Below the pieces are notes generated by a model that saw only the letters and a list, made by a program, of their open reading frames with translations, did no database searches and was not told the DNA's origin. A DNA stretch of 64,000 bases from positions 17,858,001 to 17,922,000 of the forward strand of contig NC_087252.1 in assembly GCF_037042905.1 (NCBI RefSeq). Reading direction: 5' to 3'. The position numbers and the translations under genes are program-made. The stretch comes from Lytechinus pictus. Its lineage: Eukaryota. Shown one piece after another: positions 37,901 to 50,041 of this stretch (positions are counted from its first letter, which is position 1; every line of letters starts with the position of its first letter).

Positions 37901-39438
37901 GCATTATTGGCATTTCCTTTCCAGTGATGAAGCATAGACAAATTAAGACCTGGCTTATCCACATCCTCCAGGAGCGACCAAAGACATTCCAACGTGTCAC
38001 TACCGGTATGATTACTTTTAATCAAATCAAGTATTTGCAAAGTGCTTCATTTTATTGCTATCGTTTAAATTTTGCCTACTATTTGAAAGTTCAGGTTGTT
38101 TTGTGAGAATTATTTTGTTTATGTTCCAGGTGGTCTATCAACGGAAAGTGAATGTTATATCTGTTTGCTTTAATAACTTAGGTTTTCCATGATTAGTATT
38201 TTAAATTAGCAATATCTAAATCACATTTTGTTGGTTCACATTTGAATAGAATGTGAATCTTATACATATATTTCCAGATATTTGGGCGATCCCAAATGGA
38301 GGGATATCAAAAGTAGCAGATAATATGTGAACAGTTGCATCACAAAAATGTATTTAATCGCTTAAATTGTAGTCAAAGTAACTATGGCAGATGATATGTT
38401 TAATCAATAATGAACAAACAATCAACGTTTTAATAATATCATTTTATCAGCGATAGAACTTACGAATTAACCTTGTCCACATCCTATAGATCTCATCATC
38501 CACATCGCACGGTTCTTGATAGAGTGATCACTGACATTCTACCTGTATCTTTTCACTACCGGTATGATAACTTCTTAAAAAAATATTGTATATTTCAAGT
38601 TCTATATTCTATTGATATTGATTTAACACTGTGTGTCATTTCAAATATCATCTCTCTTTTTTTTTTACTTGATTTATTTGATGGTATGTTGTTTAACCCT
38701 TATCATTCATTTATTTTTATTGTCAAAGTTTGTCACAACGCTATCGACCAAAAAAATATACTTTAATTTTCATTACATCTATCAAGACTGCCATGAACAT
38801 GTCGCGACAAACTTCACAAGGTCATCAGATCATAATGACGTCATCCAGTCGCCATTTGTATTTTTATTAATGAGATTTTAAAAATGACAATAAAATAATC
38901 AACAATTTTGGGTAAGACAAAAGAAAAACGTTCTAAAATTTCTTTCATTTTCTCAAAAGTGTTATACGCACATTTGAGGTGAGATGAAGATGAGAGAGTT
39001 AATGATGTTTACATGTCATGTTATATTAATTATTGCAAATTTTAGATTTTGGAAACCTTGCAATAAAGAAACTCTACATTGAATAAATTCATGTTACAAA
39101 AATGCATGTTATCAAGAAGTGATCAAACATTGTTTTTCATGTAATAAAATACAAAGTAAATAGGTGGTGGATGCCGTCAAGTTTGGACAATCCATTTTGC
39201 TTGTCGGTAATGATGCATGCCAATGTGAAGATAAGCAAAAAGTGAAAATGAGAAAAACTTCCGATTTTACTTTCAGTTTTGATGAAATTTCAGCGTCATT
39301 TTTGTTAATCTATATTTATAGACCTTTATGCTCGATTTGCTATACTTACCTTTTGAAAGACAAATGTTGCCCAAGTTTTAGTGGATGGGTTGTCAATACT
39401 GTCTTAAAGCGCAACACAGAAAAATGCCATCTCTGCTA

Positions 39439-40411
39439 CACACACAGAAATTTTTTATACAAGTAGTATAAAAAATTATACAACCACTGGTTATCCCGCG
39501 CCTCAGCTAATAATTGGTTAAAACTTAACCAACTGCAAGTTGTCTAAAGTTTATGCAGCAATTGCTTAAATAGTTTAAGCAATTATAAGATAAAGGTGTT
39601 ATACGGTTGTGTTGCTTGAACTTTTAACTTTAGGAGTTGGTTAAAGGAGTTGCATAAATATTAGACCATTATTGGTTAATTTCATTATTTTAACCCACAC
39701 TAATTGCCTAAATTTTTAATATTGTTGTTTAAAGAGGTTGTTACTATTCTCCGAACTTGGGGACTTGATGAAGTTCCTGGTTGGGAAGTTTAAAGGTGAG
39801 TAGTTTACCGTATATTTGAGCGTAGTGTTCACCGAGCTTGAGCTCCCTTGGGTACCCCGAAGGCTACTCGGTACGGCAGTTTAACGTCACGTTGGCCTCA
39901 CTCGTGGACGCCAGCCCATGCCAGAGCCATGACGCAAATATTATCGTCAAATTTCAGAAAATAAAATCACCAAAATTACAGTATTTTGTTCTTGATACTA
40001 CGGTGAACACTACGCTCAAATATAACCGCCCAATCAGGACATCAAGTCCCCAGGTTCGGAAAAGTTCCTCCACCGGGCACGCCATTTTCTTCTGATCGCC
40101 AATTTCCAATCGACGATCGATGGAAAAATTGACGTCAGAAGCATTTGCGCGCGGCACAAAACAGCGCAAAACCACAATCATGACTAATTTTTATGCAATG
40201 TTGAATACGTTCATAATTCTTTGGCGCGAAAATATTGGTCATGTCACTCGTTTAATTCAATGTTGAATAATTTTTAGCTTTTATCAATATATCGTTCGAT
40301 TTTTTTTATTCAACGCAAAGTTATAAAGCAACTATATGCTTTTTATACAACTTCCGCAATGTTTATACAATTCTATTTTAACTTATGCAATTTTATACCG
40401 CGTTTTGTGTG
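39439..40411. mobile_element. CAC-ended non-autonomous DNA element with nested inverted-repeat MITE (39750-40060)
   Basis: TA|CACACA...TGTGTG|TA with TTATACAAC subrepeats at both ends. Internal IR TCCGAACTTGGGGACTTGATG...TATATTTGAGCGTAGTGTTCACCG and its reverse complement. Confidence 0.6.
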
Positions 40412-40760
40412 TAGTAAATTCTAAAACATTATGTTTGCATTTACCTCAGTCATATCCCAATACTTTTTCAATATTCAAGTCAAATCAAGCAGTTTTCTTC
40501 TTCTTCTTCCTTTTATGTCAGGATGCATTGTGGCAGATGGCGTCAATGGCGAGAGCAAGATAAATCACGTTGGGCATGTAAGGGTCTTTGCTGTGATTCA
40601 GAGCTGCCATTGTGGGTAAAATACATTTGTGGTTTATATACATTTTGCAGTATTATTTATTACACGGTTGCCCTGCAAACTAGATTTTAAAATATCAAAA
40701 TCTTACAGATTTTAACAATAATTGTAGGTTTCTCTTACGTACATTATAGTAGCACTAAAT

Positions 40761-42539
40761 ATGGCGACACTTGAGCATTCTGTTTTGCAAAGTTTAAAGT
40801 GTCCGGTTTGTTTTGGTTTGCTGAACGATCCAAAACAACTGTCATGTACACACACATTTTGTCCAAAATGTATTCAAGGTATTCTAGCATGCTCTGTACA
40901 GAGGAATATATTATCATGTCCAATATGTAAAAACACAACAAATGTCGCAGATGGCGATGTTGCGAATCTTAAAACTAACATACCTGTTAAGTCAATTGTT
41001 GATGACGTCAGGAATAGTAAACAGCTATGTGACGTGTGTGACAAGCGAGCAAGTGCTGCACGCTTCTGTTGCGAATGTGGTAAGAACATGTGTAACGCAT
41101 GTCTGCAAGCTCATAACACATGGAGACCTAATCTTAAACATAAAGTAGTGATGGTTGAAGACATCAGAAAGGGTAGGGTAGTCTTACAAAAGAAGGTTTA
41201 CTGTCAAGAAGAAGTACATAAATCTGAAGAGTACGAGTGCTCTGATGTCTGCACGACATGTAAGAAGCTCATTTGTATGAGATGTCGCATGCTCTACCAC
41301 GAGAAAAGTGGCCACGATGTTGAAGACTTAAGAGAGTACAATTCTTCTTTCAAGAAGAGCTCTGAATTACTACATGATCAAGTAAAGGCGAAACTTAAAA
41401 TAGTCAATAATCATATGACTTGTATTGATAATCAAATCAAACGGGTCAATGATCACATAGAAGGAGAGAAGGCAAAAAATAACAAGATTTACGAAGACGC
41501 TATCAAGAAAATAAAAGAGAGGAATATTACATTGAACAAGCAATTAGATGACCAGAAAGAAGAATTAGCCAAGAGCTTAAATAATATGAAAATTGATGAT
41601 GAGAGATTAGTTAAGAGCATTGAGAGTGCGAGTGAATTGCTAAGTAATAGTTTGAAAGGCCCACTAGAAGGAGATGTTGTAGCAATTCGTGATTCATTGT
41701 CTGGTGAATTGGAGAATGTATTAGATAGGGATAATCCAAAGAAAAGGGTCGCTATTGATGTAGGTGATTATGCAGAGAAACTGAAGTTTGCACCAAGCTG
41801 CGATCCTCATACATTGTCAATGTGGGAACTACGGTTTCTGAAATGTGAGGCGAAATGCAATGCAGTAATCCCAGAGAAAGGATATTTGGATTGCACAGCT
41901 GCTAGAGAGGATGGAATGATGGCTGTTGGTTATAGCACAGATCGAGGGATTGACATCTTCTCTTCCGATGGTCGGCTGCAGAAAACAGTCATCAAATATT
42001 TCAAATTAAGTGATGGTCGTCATGCTGTGCGTGGTTTTGATAATAAGATTTCACTGTACACATCAGATGAAGAGAAGCAGGATGTGACATTCGATACTAT
42101 AGGCTACAGTAAAGGTGGGTCTGGTGATCTCACTGTAGACAGCAATGATCTGATCTATGTTAGCTACAGGAAAGCTAAGAAGATACAGGTATTCTCACCA
42201 TCAGGTGGGAAGGCTATCAGGGAGATACCATGCGATTGGTATGAACCCTCCCATATCACAAGTTATGGTGACACATTGATCGTGAAGCAGTTCAAGAATG
42301 CAATAATACGAATTGATATGAAAGGTGATATAATGCACAGATTAAGAAAACCACGGGGAAATGACCTCCATGCTGCCGTGAGTAAAGACAATACAATCCT
42401 GATTGCCTCTGTAAGACGCAATGAAGGTCTGCTCAATATCGATGAGTACACCGGTGAGCTGAAACACAAAAAGACTCTCATATCTGATTACAAGATTGAG
42501 AAACCGGAGAGGCAATGGTATTACCTTTTACAGTTTTAA
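40761..42539 (+). CDS. TRIM/RBCC-NHL-like E3 ligase, copy B (592 aa; C-terminally truncated, possible incipient pseudogene)
   Basis: Same domain order as copy A. Stop TAA at 42537-42539 corresponds to CAA (Gln) in A, and homology (SGEIA) continues past it. Confidence 0.85.
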   Translation: MATLEHSVLQSLKCPVCFGLLNDPKQLSCTHTFCPKCIQGILACSVQRNILSCPICKNTTNVADGDVANLKTNIPVKSIVDDVRNSKQLCDVCDKRASAARFCCECGKNMCNACLQAHNTWRPNLKHKVVMVEDIRKGRVVLQKKVYCQEEVHKSEEYECSDVCTTCKKLICMRCRMLYHEKSGHDVEDLREYNSSFKKSSELLHDQVKAKLKIVNNHMTCIDNQIKRVNDHIEGEKAKNNKIYEDAIKKIKERNITLNKQLDDQKEELAKSLNNMKIDDERLVKSIESASELLSNSLKGPLEGDVVAIRDSLSGELENVLDRDNPKKRVAIDVGDYAEKLKFAPSCDPHTLSMWELRFLKCEAKCNAVIPEKGYLDCTAAREDGMMAVGYSTDRGIDIFSSDGRLQKTVIKYFKLSDGRHAVRGFDNKISLYTSDEEKQDVTFDTIGYSKGGSGDLTVDSNDLIYVSYRKAKKIQVFSPSGGKAIREIPCDWYEPSHITSYGDTLIVKQFKNAIIRIDMKGDIMHRLRKPRGNDLHAAVSKDNTILIASVRRNEGLLNIDEYTGELKHKKTLISDYKIEKPERQWYYLLQF

Positions 42540-43166
42540 TCAGGAGAGATAGCTTTATATGTACTGGATATGCTCTATTCAACTTATTTAAACTTGGGAA
42601 GTTTCCTTGGTAAGGATATTATGTTTCGAAGCGTTTAGGAGCCGATTTTCTAACTACTTTACAGTATATAATCTTCAATTTGTAAGTTTCAATGTTAATC
42701 TTGGTAGTCATGTTCCATTGAGGTAAGAATCAGTAAATTATATTAATTCCATTCCATCAAAATAGAATCACGTATACAATAGAATAGTTAAAGATAAAAG
42801 TACATGATATACACCCATCGCAAAACATAATATTGGTGTTACATACAGAGGAAATTAATAAAATGAAATTTGAGACGGGCCTGCACAATTAACCAAAATA
42901 ACTTTAATTGAAGAAGCTCTGTCCTCAGCTGTACCCCAATTGTATCATGTTTAGCATATTTTCTGTGGGGACATCCCGATAGACCGCGGGTCCGATAGAC
43001 CGCGGGTCCGTTAGACCGCGGGTCCGATAGACCGCGGGTCCGATAGTCCGCGGGTCCGATAGACCGCGGGTCCGATAGTCCGCAGTGTGTGTAAAATTAT
43101 GATCAGATATATCAAATGTCATCGAGAGGTCCAAAGGTCAAATGATACGAAGCCATGGGGTTCTAT

Positions 43167-46100
43167 CAGGTGCGGATCCATAGGGGGCCGAGGGGGAACT
43201 GCCTCACCCCCCCCCCCCCCACCCCCCAGCTCAAAAAAGAGGGGGGAAGAGGGGAAAAGGGAGAGAATAAAAAAAGAGGAAGATGGGAAAAGAAGAGAAT
43301 AGAAAAGAGAGTAAGAAGGAGAAAGGAAGAGAAGAAAAAAAGATAAGAAAAAGGGGAAAGGAAAGACAAAGAAAAAAATGGAGAAGAAAAGGGGAAAGAA
43401 GAGTAAAAAAAGAGGAAGAGAATAATATTTAAAGAGAGAGGAAGATGGGAAGAAAGATAAGAAAAGAGAGAGAGAGAAGAAGAGAGGAAAAGAGAAGAAA
43501 AAAGAGAGAGTAAGGGGGAAGAGAGGAAAAACGAGAAAAGAGAGAGAGGAAAAGAGGAAAGAAAAGACAGAAAAAGAGAAGAAAAGGGGGAAAGAAAAGA
43601 TGGGGGGAAAGAGAAGAAAAGGGGGAAAAGAAGAGGGGGAAAGAAAGAGAAAGGAAGGAAGGGGAATGAGGATAAGAGAAAGAAAAAAGAAAGAAAAGGA
43701 GATGGGAAACGGAAGAGGGAGATGTTGACCTGGACGTCGATTTGATGGCGCCAAAATGACGTTCGAACTATGGGGCGCTGAATTGATGTTCGATCTAGCG
43801 GGGCACCAAATTGATGTTCGAACTTGGGGAGCGCTAATTTGAATTTTGACCATAATGCGTCAAATACATGTTTCAGAGAGGGGGAGGGAGGACAAAGTTA
43901 TATTTCACATGGGGGCGCCAAGTTTATGTTCAACCGAGGGCGCCAAATTGACCTTGAACTTTAATAGGGGGCTTCATGCAAATTCATTTTCGACCGGGGG
44001 TGCAACATTGCTCGTATTGCCTGTTTATAGTGAAATATATGTCCTGCCCAAAAAACTTAAATTAATGCGGCTGAATTAAAATATCCCGTTTTTACGATAA
44101 CAGAAAAAACAATGTTTTCGAGTTTTAAGTCTGTTTAGCGAGAAAGATACACTGTTCAGGGTCACAAAAATGGGTTAATATCAAATTCAGCTCGCGCTAC
44201 GCGCTCGCAATATTTGATTAACGAGGTATTCATCCTCTGCTTCAATCCCACATGTAAGTGTTGGTGTTTTTCAAGTCAACATACATAGGCCGATCTAGGG
44301 GGCAAAGATTTTGCCCCCCCCCCCATGGTGGCGCAAAAAAGGGGTAAGAAACAGAAAAAAGGAAGAGAAAAATGACAAGCAATTAGAATAGGAATTATAC
44401 CTTAGTCCTTCTTAAGTCAGTATATAAAAAATTGAGCTCGCGCTTCGCGCTGGCATCAATACATTGTTTAGTTATATACGCATCCCGACCTTACAGTTTT
44501 TTATGCGAACGAGAAGCACAAGCTGAAAATATTTGATATTCTAACCTGACAACTGAAAATGTATTTTTCATTTCATTATTATAAAAGTTTTCAGCTAGCG
44601 CTTCGCGGTCGCATTCATTTCTTAATAGATATGCATCGTGTTCATCATAACAACTACTAACATAGGCGGATTGAGGCGGCCCGAGGGCAACCTCCCCCCT
44701 ATTGACAGAGCAAATAAATTGTGAAAAACGGGGAAAGAAAAAAAGGGGGAAAGAAAGGAGAAAAAAGAAGACAAAACATAAAAGGAGGAAGACGAGTGAA
44801 TAAAATAAGGTCAGGAGAAGACTTGGAAAACAATTTTTAAAAATATTTAATGTCACTATATTAAAGTTTCGCTCGCGCATCGCGCTCGCATTGCCTGTTC
44901 AATGAGATACATATCTTGCTCAATAGGCTGATATGTAGTTTAAAATATCAAGTTTTGATATCAATATACAAAAAAAAAATCAGCTCGGACATTGACCTTT
45001 CATTATTTTGTTTTATTTACCAATTTATGTTTTTAAGTGCTCTGGAAAATGTCCGTTTTATGGTTTGAATCAACATTTGCAACATTTTGTGCACTCACAC
45101 TATTTGCCAAGTAGGCCTACCTATTGTCTTTTTATATTTCATATAAGATTCTCTAAATATACCTTTTCAGGTGTCTCGATTGTAAAAAAAATAATAAAGG
45201 CCTATGAGCTAGCGCTGCGCGCTCGCATTTTGATTGGTGAGTTATGTATACCTATATATTAATTCTATAACAAACTACTTAAATCCCCCCATTAAAAAAT
45301 TCCGGATCGCAATTTGCGCTCGCATTATTTGCTAAAAATATATCAACCAATGAATCCTATTTATGATTACAAAAATACTTAAAATATCCAGTTTTCAGGC
45401 CTCATGCACTGTCAACAAATTTCACACACTCATTAGGCTTAACAGATTAATAAATATGAAATAAGATTTGTATGAATTCATAATAACTAAATTGTCCCTT
45501 TTTCAGAAATAAATATCAACAAGTTTTAGGAAAACAAATAGAAGATAGTCATCATTCTTATATGATGACAAAATGTCCTTAGGCCTAAAATGTCTCGATC
45601 CTAGGTCAAATAAATAATAAAATATCAGCTCCCACTTCGCGCTCGCATTATTTATATAGTGCTATCAAATTTCCCTATATACACAGTGCTGTAAACAGTG
45701 CTTAAATTGACCCTTTTCATATCGGAATTTCAAATATTATTTTCAGCTCGGGCTCTGCGCTCGCATTATTGATTTTTATGATAAAGAATGAAATGTATTC
45801 AGATTGCCAGGATTCTGTCTAACTCTAAAACACGTGCACGCATGTTTTTTGAGATACAAAGCTTGATCTTATTCAAAACGTGCTAAAATTATCCAGTTTC
45901 AAATCAGAATATCCAAAATTTTCTGCTCGCGCTTTGCGCTCGCATTATTATTGTAGGGAGATACCAAAAATTACCCATCCTTTTTCATGATTGACAAACA
46001 TGAATCGAATGTCCCATTGGGGAATTTGAAATCTCATCTTTTTAGGTTGGAATATCAAAAATGTTCAGCTCGCGCTTTGCGCTTGCATTATTATTGTAGG

Positions 46101-47550
46101 GAGATACCAAAAATTACCCATCCTGTTTCATGATTGACAAACATGAATCGAATGTCCCATTGGGGGATTTGAAATCTCATCTTTTTAGGTTGGAATATCA
46201 AAAATGTTCAGCTCGCGCTTCGCGCTCGCATTATTTAATCGTTGAAATGTGTATCGTCTTAATGGCTAACTGCAAAACATCCTTAACTGGTCCCTTTTCG
46301 ACCAGGCCAGAACGAATATTTAACATTTCTGCTCGCGCTTCGCGCTCGTGGTAATTATCTAGTTACATACGCGTCCTGTTCAGGTTCACAAACATTGCCC
46401 AAAATGTTCAATTTTCAGGACAAAATACATGAAATTTCATTTTTAGATTACATAGGGCTTAAGAGATTATTACACATTTATGTTGCTTATAAAGTAAAGC
46501 TAGGAAATGACTGTTAAAAAATAGAGAGAATCAAGACTAAGAAAAAATAGAGAGAAAAGGAAAGGGATTAGGATGAAATATAATATCATTTTCCAAATAT
46601 TATGTCAAAATCTATCACAACCTTGTATTTTTGTAATAAAAATGTCAGGATATTTGCTTGCTCGCTTCGCTCACTGGCAACTTCTTATTAATTTTATGCG
46701 ATACACCATATCGAGCCCCCTCGAAATTGTTGGCTCATTACGGCACTGGGACAACCCCTTCAAAGAAACAAAAAAAATAAACTTTGAGCGGCCGATCGGA
46801 AAAAATATGGGTGAAAAAATGGCCCCTCACCCTATTGGCGGAAGCTGGGTCCGCCCCTGACTTAGGCTTTCAGGATATAATACATGAAAAATCTATTCAA
46901 AAAAAGATCGCGCTTCACGTTCTCATTGTTTATTTAGGCCTTGTGAGATACCTCAATTTGTTTTTAAGAATGAAATCTCAGATTTTCTTTGACGTCTACC
47001 CCCCCCCCATTTCATTTATTTTGTTTAACTCGGTGCCCTCGCCACCCCCCCCCCCCCCCGTGCACCCATGCTGAATAAATACGCCACTGATGAGGAGAAT
47101 TAGTCGATTGCTTCGAGATTGCATTATTCCCAAGAGGTTATCATTAATATTATTGAAGGGTATTCTAACACAACAGTACATAAACTACAGCTCCCGTTCA
47201 CACAATATTCTAGTAGGGCCTACTCTGGTTAGAAGTTAAACCAAATTGAACCCCCCCCCAAAAAAAAAAAAAAAAAATCACTCGTGCTTCGCGCTCCCAT
47301 TGATATTACATTATATATTCATGGATTTTTTTTTCAAGAACACATAAAAAAGTGGTCTTTATTTGTTTAAATGTGATTATAAGATAATTCAAAATCCATT
47401 TAAGGCACTTAATTTAGCCTTCCCGGGAGGGAGTGGGCGCTTTTTTTTTTTTCGAAAAGTACGCATATGGGCGCCAAAAATCAGGTCAAATTTGGCCAAC
47501 CCCCCCCCCCCCCCCCCCCCCTTCCACACGAAATCCTGGATCCGCGCCTG
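43167..47550. mobile_element. Large non-autonomous hAT-like element nested in the foldback left arm
   Basis: CAGGTGCGGATCCA / TGGATCCGCGCCTG and perfect 8-bp TSD GGTTCTAT (43159-43166, 47551-47558). Contains a purine tract, GCTCGCG motif array and further hAT-like ends. Confidence 0.9.
43230..43720 (+). repeat. ~490-bp polypurine (GA-rich) tract
   Basis: Almost only A and G on the plus strand. Confidence 0.95.
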
Positions 47551-47701
47551 GGTTCTATAACAATAACCCAATTAGGGCAGTCACCCCCTGACAACTACTT
47601 CAAGGAAAATATTATCCCCATATTTTTACCGCCGGGGACTGATACCCCCCCCCCCGGAAATTTACCCTCCTGACAATTACCCCGGATAATTATCCCTAGT
47701 A

Positions 47702-48380
47702 CGGAGCCTTGAAAATGCCATCTTGCCATGTCTTAATTAATCATTGGCGGCGGAAGGCAAACAAAATTAGGGGGGTCCACCTGAAATTTTGGGATGGACA
47801 CAGGTAAAAAATTTGACAAGCAAGTCAACCAAAATTTATAGGAAGGACCACCAAAATTTCTTGACAAGAAAAAAAAGGTTATCAACCAAAATTAGGGGGG
47901 GGGGACAAAAAGATTTTAGGGGGGGTCCACCTCAATTTAGGGGGGGAGACGTAGAAAACAAATTGACAAGCAAAAAAAAAGGTTCTCAACTAAAAATCTA
48001 GGGGGACCGTCCCCCCCCCCCCCCACCTCAAATTTAGGGGGGAAAGGTTCCCCCCCCCCCCCCGCTTCCGCCGCCTAAGTAATTAATACGCTTATTATTT
48101 CTACATAGCGATATATTCTATCTTGTCAAGTCGATATGTCCACATGGCGAGATATGAAGTGTACAAGTCCCGGCGAGAATCCCGATATATCGCTATGTTG
48201 ACATGTAACTTATTTAAGTCGACTTGGCAAGATAAAATATCTCGCAATGTTGACATATAACTTTTTATAAGTGGCAGGATAGCGTATCGCGCCACGCGGA
48301 CCTAATAAGCTTATTTAGTCGACATGGCAAGATAAATTATCTCGCCATGTCGTCAAGTCGATGGCATTTTAGAGGCTCCG
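47702..48380. mobile_element. TA-TSD MITE in the foldback centre
   Basis: TA|CGGAGCCTTGAAAATGCCATC ... GATGGCATTTTAGAGGCTCCG|TA, with GTCGAC/ATGGCGAGAT subrepeats. Confidence 0.8.
47742..48079. mobile_element. hAT-like MITE nested in the TA-MITE
   Basis: CATTGGCGGCGGAAG / CTTCCGCCGCCTAAG. Perfect 8-bp TSD TAATTAAT (47734-47741, 48080-48087). Confidence 0.9.
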
Positions 48381-49978
48381 TATGGCGTCTAGAGGGTAAA
48401 TTTCCGGGGGGGGGGGTAACAGTCCCTGACGATAAAAATATGGGGATAATATTTTCCTTGAAGTAGATGTCAGGGGGTGATTGTACTTTGGGTCATCGTT
48501 ATAGAACCCCATGGACTCGTATCATTGGCCTTTTGACCTCTTGATGGCATTGGATCTCACTATATCCTGACCATAATTTTACACACACCGCGGACTATCG
48601 GACCCGAGGACTATCGGACGCGGTCTATCGGACCCGCGGTCTATCGGACCCGCGGACTATCGGACCCGCGGTCTATCGGACCCGCGGACTATCGGACCCG
48701 CGGTCTATCGGACCCGCGGTCTATCGGACCCGCGGACTATCGGACCCGCGGTCTATCGGACCCGCGGTCTATCGGGCTGTAACCTTTTCTGTTTAGGGGT
48801 TATCAAGATTTTACTGCTCATTTATTTACCATTCCTAAAATAAAGGGATTCCTGAAATCTCCATTCATATTAAAGAAATTTCTGTTTAATGTTCCTCTTT
48901 CTTTCTCTCTTTCTTTCTTTAAAAATCACTTCACACACCCTAATTTACGAAGAAATATGTCCAAACATCAATTCATAAATACATGTCTACATGTATGACA
49001 TCAAATTAATATTTGAGAATTGAAACACAGCAGATTACATTATTTCGAAAATATTAAACCAATATTTACGTGCTTGATGAAGTAATGAATATTCTATGAT
49101 ATAAACGACTGATGTTGACAACGTGACCAGTAATGGGTCTGGTACCATATAGTACAGATAAAAGATTTTTCAAAGGTATGATTTTGGTTAAGAATGGGGA
49201 TTAACAAATACTAGTTCCAATTGGTATTATGTAAGTGCATGTATGTGCGTATCTTGGGGATAGGCCGGGCATCTTCAGGGCAAATAAAATGAGGAAAAAT
49301 TTAAGACTTACAAATAAAAAAAAATCAAAAGCAATGATTAATCACATTTACAGTTTAATGTAATTAAAAACAATCAACCAAATATTAGATCAATACGGCC
49401 CAACATTCGGGTGTTGGAAAATCCTGGCAAAAGTTTACTATTTGCCCCTAACTTGGCCTTTCATAGTCCCAATACTGATAGAAGTGAGGTGATAGACATT
49501 ATACACGTAACGTGATAACGGTAAATTCTTAACTGGAGAGTAACAATTATTTTTTATTAATTTTTTATCATTATGATTTGGTTCGTATAATAATATTAGT
49601 GATACTATCATAAATTGTAGTATACGAAATTCATGCATAATTATGATAAAGATTTACATTAGCTAAATTGTGTAGGTTACTTTTGCTTTTAGCTTTATAT
49701 ACCCTACATGGATGCTATGGTGTGCTATTTATCAGTTTGTTCATAATAATTTTCATTACATATTCCTTTTGTATTTTCGATATTACCACTAACATAAATA
49801 AACATCAATGAGCGATGACAACAAACATACATGTTGAATTCAAACATAAATAATGTAGAGGGAGGAACAGGTGGACATATGGGCATATACATGTATATAT
49901 AATAACTTATAATTACATATATAACAATGAAGCCCACGTATAGAATATATGCATATACATATACATACATATACAAAT

Positions 49979-50016
<38 letters not shown>

Positions 50017-50041
50017 CAACTTTTTTTCATCTCTCTCTATA

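Larger units (their letters stand above)
42967..48784. mobile_element. Foldback transposon with 16-bp tandem outer repeats (TU-like architecture), copy-B specific
   Basis: TIR GGGGACATCCCGATAGACCGCGGGTCC / GGACCCGCGGTCTATCGGGCTGTAACC. 8-bp TSD TTTTCTGT (42959-42966, 48785-48792). GATAGACCGCGGGTCC x6.5 on the left and x12 on the right. Inner arms 43084-43166 plus 47551-47674 pair with 48387-48590. Confidence 0.9.

Noticed and set aside
42978..43083. 16-bp repeat arrays (also 48590-48775) as CRISPR or iterons
   Set aside because: Head-to-tail with no spacers, inverted relative to each other, and bounded by a TSD. They are foldback TIR subrepeats.
43119..43853. 244-aa minus-strand F/S/L-rich ORF
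   Set aside because: Artefact of the polypurine tract.
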